Part shown: positions 1 to 15,961 of the stretch, one piece after another | How the letters are laid out: each line of letters opens with the position of its first letter | Numbering within the stretch: position 1 is the stretch's first letter | NCBI GenBank assembly: GCA_051362555.1 | Contig: CM120645.1 | Span: forward strand, 22,754,001 to 22,818,000 | Direction: 5' to 3' | Length of the DNA: 64,000 nt | From: Lingula anatina | Taxonomy: Eukaryota > Animalia > Brachiopoda | The notes under the pieces: model-generated | What the model saw: only the letters and a program-made list of their open reading frames with translations | Told to the model about the DNA's origin: nothing | Database searches by the model: none | Position numbers and translations under genes: made by a program

Positions 1-1418
1 GTTAGTTTCAAATCAATCATCGTCCCTGGCGTCATTGGCATTGGCCCTATCTCCTAAGGCTTATTCTCTTTGGCGACACCTAAGAGACGGTGTCTATGCT
101 GACAATCCCCTAGTTACTAATGCTCTCAAGTATAACAGTCGAACGGCGATCAGGAGAAATCCTATGTCATAATGAGCATTGTCAATACAAACTTCAATAG
201 CCATTGCGATTCAGCGCCATTATAAAGTATTGAGCTGTACTCGAAATTTGACGGCATACATGTACGAGGAAAAAACTTACACCACACAAAACTGTCTGTA
301 AGACAGATCTATGCAAAAGAGAGAAGTTTTCCTTTCAGCAGAAAACGCTACTTTATATAAAATGGAAACATCTTATTGGATCATCTTATATAAAAATGTC
401 TAGTTTTCTCCTTTCGATGTGCAGAAAGCAAATGATTGAAATAAAGCCGCAGTTTGAGCGATGCAAAAGTCAAGTAATAGTGTTTGATAAGATAACAACA
501 TGTGTTAATTAATTGTTGTTCTTCAGTGGTCTCTCTGGAACAAAAATAAACTTTTACCAAAATGTGACGACAGTTGCAAAAATAATTACTCAAGCTGTGC
601 TTTTTTTCTTTGGTTTCATCTCTTTTCCAGTAAAAAAGAGAAAAATCAGTTTTGGTGAGGTTTTAAAATTTGTTTTTATTAGCAATAATGTTATATATTT
701 CTTAGATCTTGAAGTTTTATGTGAGATTTTGTCACATAGATTGTGGTAGATATAGCAGCGCTTTGTTAAGTTATTAGTATGTAAAGTTATAAGGAAGTTG
801 GTTAATTTTATTCTCGCTTTCATGCATAGTTTTACTTTGTACCAAAAAGAATTCCCCATATCCATCTCACCATTTTTTTTCACAATGTATTTTTTCACAT
901 GTATTCCCCTTTTGTTAGGATTATATTGTGCCCCTGGGAAGAGGAATTTGCCCCAGATGAGATGAAACTGTTTGTAGTGGGCATTTTCTTTCCAATGGTA
1001 AGTGACAGTAGTAAATTGATAAGCAGTGCATTTCAGTTATGGCCAATCATTATTGACGTTTTTTTTTTTTAAATAAAAGTATAACTGAGTCTAAGTATAT
1101 AATTTAAAAAAAATAGGTATTTAGATAGATAAATCATAAAATAAGCTTGAAATATAATTTTAATGTTTATCCTTGACTAATTAAATTTTGATAATATGTT
1201 GATTTTTTTTTTTTTAGCTAAATTTAACTCAACCAAGGAGATACGTCTTTGACAAGATGATGAAACGCCAAGTCCTTGGTCTATCACAGATAGTAAATGA
1301 TGCATTTGTCTTGTTGATTGGCATTATTCTTATATATGATCCTTTACAACAAATAAAAAATATCCAGAAATAAGACCTTAATAAAGTATTCATTCGTTTC
1401 TGGATGACACAGTAGGAC

Positions 1419-1420
1419 AT

Positions 1421-1463
<43 letters not shown>

Positions 1464-1465
1464 TT
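1419..1465. repeat. (ATTT)n microsatellite
   Basis: About 11 consecutive ATTT units. Confidence 0.9.
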
Positions 1466-4255
1466 CCGATAAAAATGGAACAGTATATGCCATTGACGAA
1501 TTTTGAAAATTCCTTTCCTCCAAAATTTGTTGATAAGACCTCAGGTAAAATTAATTTCATTGAAGTAGAAGTGTAAAATTTCTTTGTGAAGTAAATGATT
1601 AAAGAATGTGGTTTTGTTTCATGTTGCAGAAAATGATCCACCTGGATGTGAGGAAACATCTCTAGGACAATGTGTTGGAGAGTCTAAAGTCAGGTCCACT
1701 ACAGTTTTGTTTTACAGTATTGTTTGACACGGTGTTTCACAGCATACAGGTACATGTTTTATTCTGTTGCTCAAATAGCAATGCATTTTGTGCGATAATA
1801 ATTTATTGTATCATCTTGGATGATAAGGCAAAACTCCGGTTTTTACATTGTACTTGTAATAAGTAATTCATTTTCTTGTATTAAAATACAGTGATTTCTC
1901 GTTGTTTTAATGTGATATTAACTGTAGATCATGAAGTAAACAATGTTTTGTCATTTAGGGAAAATTTACCCTGCAGTTAGACTTTTTGTGAGTCGTTGTA
2001 CTTGTAAAAATAATTTTGAGTTTTTTTTTATTTATAACTTTAGATACATCAGGTTTTATCCATTAATACTAATTACCAGTATTTATTTTGCGATGTAATA
2101 TTAATTTTACAATATTGGCGGAGGCAGTGCTTTTCTTTTACACGTTTTAGTAACATGTTCAGATAATATGATGATAGTTGCAGTGAGATTTCTGTATTTG
2201 TAAGTGAAAAAATAGTATATTCGCTCTGTAAATTTGATAAGATTTACCATGTACTATCAAAATTGAAGGGCATCGTGTATTTTTTTACATTATACTTATT
2301 ATTATTATAACAAAATAATAAGTATACAGGGAATTTTTTTCACATATTTTCTCTAAAAGTGAAAGATTGTACTTCAAAAATTTTCAGCAAATTAAATATA
2401 TTCAAACTTAATTTTTCTTCAATAAAATAATTAAAAAATCGGGAAAACAATTAGACTAAGAAAACATGAGGATTTCGCGATAACAGAGGTTTATAAAGAA
2501 CAAAAAGTCCAGTTTGATTTTCAGAATCTATTCCTAAGCAATCATCAATATTTCAGTTACAGTCTGATCAAGAGAGAGTAAGAAGGTCTAAAGAAAAGAT
2601 AAAGCGAACAAATGCTAGCGTGCAATGCATCTGTAACTGCTTACCTTCTTCAATGACTAGAGATGTTCTCAATCTTCTGACTTTTCTTTCAAATTATCTG
2701 ATTGGTAAATATGCAAATACTTGAGAAAACGCCATTACGACCGGCGCAGTTGGGTTTTCCAAGTGCAGTCTACCAACGATGAACAAAATGCAACAGTCCG
2801 TCTCGTAGACTTCAGATAACAAACAAAAATACTTATGGATAGCATTAAAAGCAGATCCATGAATTTAGATAACGCAACCAAGGATAAGCGCAAAGCAAAC
2901 GCACGAAAAGAAAGAATTTGAATGCCATTGACATCGATTCATTGAACTCAATTTCATCACTTCTAATATTATATCATTCTCATAAAAATTGATGCACATT
3001 TTCACCATTAACCCATGAAGTCGCAATCAATATTTTATTGGGAGATGAAATCACATTTTATCCTATGAAGTAGATTTGTCAGTACAATCAGGGCATTTAT
3101 CCCGTAAAGTGGTAGTATACCATTAAGTATCTTTACAAATGTCGATTACGTTTGGTTTGCAATAAAATTCCTCGAACTGTCCCTTAAACTCACACTACTG
3201 AACAACTGATAAAAATACCATTCTCTTTCATTAACCATACACAATAACGGTACTCAGTGTTCCCTTTTAAAAAACATTTTCCTCAACATCCTTATCTGAA
3301 CCTTCGAAAGTAAAAACCGAAAATAAAAATAATTGAAGTATAGGTCGCATTTGTTTGACAAAAGTCAAGCAATTGCATGACTTGATGATAAGATAACTTA
3401 TTTACTTTGCTGTAGTATTATTTCATTTATCATTCACGGAGTTGATATAAAGCTTCTATTACCCTTTACACCCAAACCCGATATAGCGGCGCAATTGATG
3501 TCACAGGCATTCTCTTAAAATATTTAGTGCTCAGATTGATTGCAAACTATGTTTAATTACTTTAGGGTCCCACATGAAGAATTTTGTATTCAAGTTTCAC
3601 TCTCCTGGAACCATGAATAATGAAAAAAATAATCCATCGTCTAACCCAAGAAGGGAACGTGTGTTACTGTCACAAATGCAAAACGTCCAACTGTGAACCT
3701 CTCGTGCTCCAAATATTATATCAGAAATGTCAAACTGTCATGGAATCACGATATATCACGACAAAAGAAAGCATTGCTTTTTCTTGTACTAAGTACTTGA
3801 ACACAATGAAACATTTTGACAATTTTTCTAGGGAACATACGTTACCTAGTGTTAGCAATGACGCAAAGCCCCTTGAGTGACAGTTTAAATATTTAGAAAA
3901 ACATCCTTACGTCATGTCCAATTTACCATGACTGAACCACTACAAAATATATTGGAACGCGGTATAAAAATTAAAATTAAATTACCTGGAACATACGTTA
4001 CCGTACTTTTTTTGGAACATACGTTACCATTTAGGGCTCTTTGCGTGATGAAAAAGACATGGTAAAATTTAAAATTTGAATTTAATTTGAGACAGTGGTG
4101 GATTTTTGTTCTATACGCATATATGTTTTAAAAAATTGAATAAACTTTGAATTCATTCAATTTTACTTTTTGACACTTCAGCATGTGAAACGCACCTCTA
4201 TATTGGGTTTGGGTGTTTAACATCCTTCTCGCATAAAGAGTCCACTCTCTGTTTT

Positions 4256-6287
4256 CTACCATTCATACTGGTTCTCTACCATACTCGGTTGAACACTTTG
4301 CGGTCTTTTTTTCAGATAAACGGCCAAACCAGCCACGACACCAATGACAACTGCACACGCACGGCCGGCAATTATAGCAACCACCATAAAGTCCACTCTG
4401 TTGGATTGGTCTGATGAGTTTTCTTTAGTTGCGCTTTCTTGCACTGCGGCGATTGGTGTCGTGCCGATCCCCTTCTTGTCAGGCAATGTAGGTGGGGCTT
4501 TAGAAGATGGGGCAGCTGAAGGGTCGAGTGAGACTGTCACAGATGATGAAGTGTGGCCCTGTGTGGTTCCAACTTTGGTCGAAACTGGTGTTGGGTTTTC
4601 CCAGGAACTCACAGTTACATCGCTGGCATCTGAGGGATTGGTCTTTGTTCCTCTTGTTAAATCAGTGTTGTCCTGTGAAGAAACTGACGTTATTTTGTGT
4701 CCGGAACTCACAGTTGTATCGCTGGCATCTGAGGGATTGGTCTTTGTTCCTCTTGTTAAATCAGTGTTGTCCTGTGAAGAAACTGACGTTATTTTGTGTC
4801 CGGAACTCACAGTTACATCGCTGGCATCTGAGGGATTGGTCTTTGTTCCTCTTGTTAAATCAGTGTTGTCCTGTGAAGAAACTGACGTTATTTTGTGTCC
4901 GGAACTCACAGTTGTATCGCTGGCATCTGAGGGATTGGTCTTTGTTCCTCTTGTTAAATCAGTGTTATCCTGTGAAGAAACTGACGTTATTTTATGTCCG
5001 GAACTCACTGTTGTATCGCTTCCCGATGTTGTTGTTTGAATGGTTGTTGGCTTTGGACATTTAGATTGGTAGTGTTTGTACCAGTCTGTAGTCTCTGGTG
5101 CCGAGGTGCTGCTTGCAATGTTACCTGAAAGGGAAAAATAAATATTCGAAATAAATGAACGCCTTAAGTTCATCAACCCAAGCTGGGGGATTCAGAATAT
5201 CGACATCGCAGTTTCCCCGCTTTGAAGAAGGCTTTGAGCTCCGATCATTTTGTCTGAATCTAAATCTGATATTTTGGTTTGGAAAAGGGGGGAGTTGCCA
5301 CTCCTCCTTCATACATCAATACAGTGTACATAGCGCTAATCACAAGAAAATCCCATCAATTGCCAAGCTGCTTAATGTATTTCTGGAAATATATTATCGT
5401 TTCAATCCTTAAAGCAAAACAAATATAATCTCTAAATCAATGCATACTGCAATAAAATGACATCAGCTTGATAAGGTTCCTTTCGGAATCAGCGGTTTGG
5501 CATTAAAGATATGACGAAATAAAACATGGCACACATTGGATGATGGTGTAATTTACGGATCTTTATGAGAGTTATCGGGTAATAGTCCCCGTTTGTATAT
5601 TTCAAGAGAATTTCAAAGCCGATGCTCATTCTTGATCGGCATTGTCAAACCCGGGTGTTAATGTCCTTATTACCAATAATAATAATAAGAAGAAGAAGAA
5701 TTTACCTGAACAAAGAGCCTTGGAAAAGTTGCTGGTAAAATGGACAAGGTCATCAAATGAGTTTAAGACGAAAGTATGTTTTTCTGCAGGGGCTGTGGCC
5801 ATCGCTTGTAGTTCCAGGATATCTACCCCTGCCCCCAAGCCGATAATATACAACTCGGTACTCATATTCTTGAGGCTGGACGCCTCACTCACAACGCTAC
5901 ACAAATCAGGTGGCTTCTGCGTGGTTATGAGGACACCAATTTTCCTTACATTTGTGTCGTTCGCCCGATCCACTGATTTATTTGGATAAAGAACAGCTGA
6001 TTTCAAGTAAAATAGGGCCCAGTATGTGTTAGTATTTTGTGAAAATTGACGAAGGATAATGTTGTTCATGTGGACGTCTAATGAATTGCTTGTAAATCGG
6101 TCGTTTAGACTGATAATTTTCTTTGGCTTATTAAAAGGTGAAATAGAAAACACTGCTGTTCGTACGTTTTCCGGACCCAACACAAATGCGGTATTTATCA
6201 TAGTCTTGATAAATTGCTGAATTCTTGCAGCCTCATTTGACCAACCAACCGCGTCTAACATAAAGCCAACGTCTGCATGGTCTGTCA
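4256..6287 (-). CDS. VWA-domain, Ser/Thr-rich (mucin-like) stalk, single-pass membrane protein; last two coding exons (5' exons not resolved)
   Basis: Exons 6287-5706 and 5124-4256 join in phase 1 with canonical GT/AG. The first encodes a VWA fold (ADVGFMLD..., VRTAVF, TNTYWAL, KIGVLIT, ELYIIGLGAGVDILELQAMAT, HTFVLNSFDDL). The second encodes an S/T-rich repeat stalk, a TM helix (FMVVAIIAGRACAVVIGVVAGLAVYL-KKR) and a short tail ending ENQYEW*. Confidence 0.75.
4604..5020. repeat. Coding tandem repeat, 99-bp (33-aa) unit x ~4.2
   Basis: Units start at 4604, 4703, 4802, 4901 and (partial) 5000; they encode TVSSGHKITSVSSQDNTDLTRGTKTNPSDASD[T/V]. Confidence 0.95.
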
Positions 6288-9028
6288 CTGAAACAAAAAT
6301 ATTGAATTTTATGCTTGTTAAAATAACATTCATAAAAATCCAGCAAAGAAAAATTATAATCACATGTCAGTCAGATCAAAAGTAGAGTTCTTGATATTAG
6401 ATCATATATCTAAGCGTATACTTTTCCAATGCTCTTCGACAATTCTTTCCTCATTAAGGAGTTTACTAATGCATTTTTTTTGTACATATAAATCAAAACT
6501 CTACGTACTGCAAATTTCGTTTTCTCCTTGACTTAAACCCAAAGGGATGACCAGCAAAATCAAATACGCGTAAATTGTATTGCCCATCCTCTACCTTCGA
6601 TTTACACTGGTGGATTTACTTCAAGTGAGTTGATGTTATACAAGTGTGAGAATGTGAGCACGGACTGACAGCGGGATGTTATTAAGTGTTTATGTAGGCT
6701 CAGGAGTCCCCTTTGTTATCTAACTGAATATGTCTGCTCACATCTGACATCAGCCATTGGCTCATTTTGTTTTGGGCAGGGGCGTTTACAATATTTGGTA
6801 TTAGTATTTTTGTCATACCTGTAACAAAAGAGAATGTTTCTGAAACTAGGAGATTATGTGAAATTATCAAACACCACTGACGTCGCGATACTTTTAGTGG
6901 AGAACTGAGGTGTTTAAATCCCTATCACAGTAATAAACTAGTGTTCACAATTGGTCTATATGCCATTTTCTACACGCAACCAAAAAGTTCGAAATCGTCG
7001 TTATTTTCAATAATTATAAAATAGCCACATGAGCTTAGGTGAATGTTTCAACCAAATAATGATGGATAGTGCACGTACCATTCTTTACTTTTTATTTTAC
7101 TGGAGATTGCCCCGCTGCCTCACACAGCTTTAATTATTGAAAAACAAATTCCTTTTTCGAACTTTTTTGGTCGAGTGTTTAATGGTACTTGACAATAATG
7201 ATATAAACCATATAATATTGCAGTTATTGAAATAGATTGGACAATGAAAAATGAATTTTCCAGCGTCCCAGGTTTGCTTTTGGATAAGCCAGTCATTGTG
7301 TGTGTCAGAAAGTGCAATAAAGTGATGTAATCGGCGGAACTTATTAGAAGATAAGAAAGTGATACTTGCTATCTACCTTTATTAAAGACCTAGGCATTAA
7401 GTCTTTATCCATCATAAGATACGCATTTTGGGTTCACAGGCTGTTATGGGTTATTGAAAGAAACTAACAATGCTCACAGTTTAATTCCATTGATTCAAAT
7501 TTGAGATTCGTCAGTGGTGCCACAGATTCTTCAAAATGAATGAACGATTCAGACAGATCTATGTTAAGATCGAATTGTTTGTTCTGCAGGTTACTTTTGT
7601 TAATTCTCTATAGTTGAAATACTTAAAAGCTTTCATTTTCTATCCTCCGACCATGAATGAATATTTATAAAACTTATTTTCTGTGTTTAGGCCAAATTTT
7701 ACCAAAGAAAATGATGAACTTAGTCAGGCGGCTCAGTCCATTTTTTTTTCAGAATTGTGCTAAAGTTGAGAAAAGCATGAAACTTTCCATGATGAATGAC
7801 CATTGGCTCTTTGTCAATTTTGGATGGGGGGGGTGCAACTGTGAAATATAATTTTTTCCCCAAATAAGCGGCTTTATTAGAATATGGTGACTCAACGTTT
7901 TTATTCGCCCGGATATCTCACCAAACAAGAGCTACTTTCGTTAATTATTATGGCATGAACAAATTTGATAAATTTCACTTAGTGTGCACATCTAAAATGT
8001 GGTTAAGCCGCCCAATAGTCGCCAAAGCAATTACATCGAGTCTCATGCGTCCCTTGTGCCTCCTTTGAACGGCCGGACCTAGATTCCACCTGTAAAATTG
8101 ACAGCTGCATGTGCGTCCACTGAGCGACCTGCCTAGAAAATCAAATGTTTAAAAAGTGTGTTTATTGTTCAGTTAATATGAAAATCACCTTGCCAGGTCA
8201 AATAGGCAGCATTTTTAATTTTTAGTAAGGTCTGATTTTCATAGACGAACAGACAAATACTGCAATGTTTTACTGTAAATAGAAAAGGACTGTGGTTTAT
8301 TAAACTGGAGAGAAAATACTTTTCACTTCTACATTTAACAGCAATGGTGTTTGATATGTGTTAAAGAATGGCCTTAGAGTTAATTCACAACAGAAGTCCA
8401 AGTCACCAAAAGCCCCATTTTTTTTTATTCCCAACTCTCGTGTATTCTCTAGAGATCTCAACCACCACAGGCACATTTATTAATTGTGACTGGTGTGCAT
8501 CTGACCGCAACAATAGCAATGAATACACTGCAGTAATTAACTTAATTTATCCTCCTTCATTTCTACATTTTCCAAAATAACACGAGTTTCACTATGTTGG
8601 TCTTGTTATCCTTATTTTGGTCTTGTTATCCAATGTTATGACTAATTTAACACTGTAGTTTATGTACATTAGGTATTGTATTTTTATCTAGTTTTTCTTG
8701 TTGGTCTGTGCCCCTTTATACATTACTTCCTTTTCTACGACTATTTGATCCCTTTATTGTTTTATAACACTGTTCCACTATACCACAAAGCAATTCGTGG
8801 TTATATACCAAAATCAAAAACTCCATTTAAACCCAAAATACCACAATGGAACCAAATAACTCCCGGTAACAGCTCCGCCAAAAACATATGTCTGGATTAA
8901 CTCACTGCTGACTTATATTAAAACAATTTACGAATATATTCTGATAACCACCAAAGATATTATACTATTCAGTATATGTTAAATCTCGAAAAGATGGCGT
9001 CCAATGCTTTTTGCCACTTCTTTGGAAC

Positions 9029-12873
<3,845 letters not shown>

Positions 12874-13879
12874 TCTACATATAAAACAAACAACACCGCT
12901 CAAATATATATGTAACTTCCAATGTAACGGCAGGTTGAATTAAATAGCAATGTATCATATTTATCTACGTCAATATTTTACTCAACGATAAGTGTGGTTC
13001 CCCGAGTTATATACGTGGTTACTGCATACGTGGCTTTGGTATGCATGTATTCATAACGTGTTTTAAGAGCCCTATTGAATAGCAACGTATCGCTTTTATC
13101 TACGTGAAGATTACTCAACGACTTGTGTTGTTTCACCTAGTGATGGGGTAACTGCGTAGGTGACTGTGGTATAAATGTATTCATAACCCAGAAAATCAAT
13201 GTGCAGTCTTTTATTTTATCTTTACCAGAGACCATTGCGAGATTAGCAGTATTGCTTTCATGTAGGATGCGCCATATTTGATCCACAAATCCGCTCTCAC
13301 GTATCCACTAAAGATCTCAACCACTACAAGTATTGTGACTGGTGTGCATCTGACCGCAACAATAGCAATAAATACACTGCAGTCCGTAACTTAATTTATC
13401 CTTCTTCATTTCTGCATTTTTACAAAATAACATGAGTTTCACTATTTTGGTCTTGTTATTCTTACCTCAATGTTATGACTAATTCAACACTGTAGTTTCT
13501 GTACATTAGGTATTGCATTTTTTATCTAGTTTTTCTTGTTGGTCTGTGTCCCTTTATACATTACTTCCTTTACTACGACTATTTGATCCCTTTATTGTTT
13601 CATAACACTGTTCCACAATACCACAAAGCAATTCGTGGTTATATAATGAAATCAAAAACTCCATTTAAACCCAAAATACCACAATGGAACCAAATAACTC
13701 CCGATAACAGCTCCGCCAAAAACATATGTCTGGATTAACTCACCGCTGACATATATTAAAACAATTTAGGTATATATATATATATGTATTGTGATAACCA
13801 CGCAAGATATTATACTATTCAGCATATGTGAAATCTTGAGAAGATAGCGACCAATGTTTTTTTGCCGCTGCTTTGAAAC

Positions 13880-15916
13880 TCAATTTGAACGAGCAAGGAT
13901 TTTTGGTATGGTTTTCATCCAAAATTTGACCCGTTTTGGAATGACACTCCTCTTTCCCACTATGACGTCACCAAATTCGAGGTAGTGCTCTTTATTCATA
14001 GTGTATTCTTCCCATATTGCTGGAACAGGCTCTGGCGTGTTTGGATTTCTGAAACAAACCATAAATTACAATATGAACAGTTTAAAATTATAGTGAGCGA
14101 TCACTTGCCCTCATTAAGTGACATTGTTAAAGGAATTACGTCAGAGTAGCTTGAAGTTAAATGAGCCTCTATAATATACTTAAGTCATAAGACAGCACCC
14201 AAAATGATGTAATGAAACTGGTGCTTGGTGACAATGGTAAACAAGTGTTTAATGGATGTTATTTGTTTAATTTTCATGATCAAATATGCATTTTGTTCCT
14301 CAACACTGTATCTGGTTTCAGTGATGTCTGTTACATCAAAGTAATTCTCTTTAGCGAAAAATAAATTAAGGAGAGTTTTTCGTTTAATGAAAAGCTTTTT
14401 GAAATGTTATATTATAATTTTTTAATATTCACTTTTACGGAGGTAATTGGCTAAGAAATCAAGACGTGCAGTACATGTGTATCTTCTTTCTGGTGAATTA
14501 AGAATTTGGACAGGTTTTGGAAGTGAACTCAGAAAATTATAATATTTGAAAGATATATAAATAATTGATCCAATTGCATTTTAACAGAAGGCCGCCGAAC
14601 CTGAATTAAAGAAAAACTGCCACTTTGTACATGTAATATAACTCACCCGGTCTTGGCAAAGTTGGACCAATATGTTATCAGCATTTTAGTCAGTTGTTTC
14701 TCATCGTCCGTGAAAGTGGCACCGGAGACGATAGGTTCGTGTGAACCAATCATAAAAAGAAGTTCGTCTCCGTGACTTGCGCGCTGAAACCAAGGTGGTA
14801 AACCAGTCCCAATATGTCCATACAGCGGCTTTCTCGTGAAGTAGTAAAGATATGTCGAACCACCTCCTTCGAAGAGGTGAGACGTCATGAATTCAAACAT
14901 CGGTTGAGTGAATGCAATGTCAGTGCCGAGGTCGACATAATCACGAGCAGTTTCTATTTTGGTGGAGGTTTTGTCATAGTAGAACTTTGTTATGGCGTCG
15001 ACAATGTCTGTATTGTTTTCAAAAACATACTTTGCCGTATCGGGAATCAGTGTGTCACGGAAGAAAAGGGGATCAATTCCGTCTAAGAACTTATTCATAA
15101 CAAAATTGCTTCCGTCTCCAGCAAGAATCCCAGTAACGAAGTCGAGGGAACGGAGGCGCTGCAATACAACGGGATCACTTAACAACTCTGATATTGGTTT
15201 CGTTAGCAATATACCGTCGACTGAGGGTCTGTACAAAAAACCAGTAAGCCCTACGGTGGCACTCACACTGGCATTTACGAGTGGTTCGGCGTCTATGGTG
15301 CGTAGACAGTCTACCAGGGCTGTGGTACTTGTCGTGGGACAACCGACAATGTTTCCAATTCTCACAGCAAGTTCAGGGCCATTGTGTGACATTGCCCAAA
15401 AAGCGCATGTGGTACCACTCTGGCTTATCAATCGGTGAAAGAGACCCGAAGAAGCGTTTGTCAGTGCCAACTGTGTTGTACTACAGCCACCTGCAGATTC
15501 GCCAAAAATCGTCACCCTGTAAAATACCAATATGGCAATATAACAGTAAACTAGAAAAGCACTCCGAGAGCGCAGACCTCCGCCACGGCAGCAAAGTCTT
15601 CAGCCAATGCCTTTTCATCCCTTAATTTTAATTCTGTAATGATTTAGATTTTTATTTTTGATTGATTAATGACTTGGATCACTACCAAAACTAATCATCT
15701 GTTCCTTGGCCCACTTCTGACAGTTCCTGAAAACTTTATCCAATTTCGGTCCATAATTTTTTTCTGTAATGTTGCTAACAGACAGACAGGCAAACAGATA
15801 GACAGGCAGACAAACTAACGGAACCAAAAACATAACCTTCTTGGCGGAGGTAATGAGCGCACAAGCTTGTGTCATCACAATGATATGATGTTATAAATAA
15901 AACATGGACAGGTGGA

Positions 15917-15961
<45 letters not shown>

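Noticed and set aside
2698-2720. CCAAT plus octamer (ATGCAAAT) motif pair
   Set aside because: No snRNA, histone or other gene start found nearby; such short motifs arise by chance in AT-rich DNA.
381-3880. Short ORFs in the AT-rich left end
   Set aside because: No recognisable motifs or consistent splice structure; chance ORFs.
4604-5020. CRISPR-like regular repeat
   Set aside because: No unique spacers; it is a coding tandem repeat in a eukaryotic gene.
4344-5064. Plus-strand ORFs of 231 and 185 aa over the 99-bp repeat
   Set aside because: Antisense shadows kept open by the stop-free repeat; the minus frame has the splice sites and TM segment.
6590-7320. Candidate upstream exons of the VWA gene (acceptor near 6818; hydrophobic ORF 7120-7317)
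   Set aside because: I could not join them to the phase-1 acceptor at 6287 without stops or phase conflicts.
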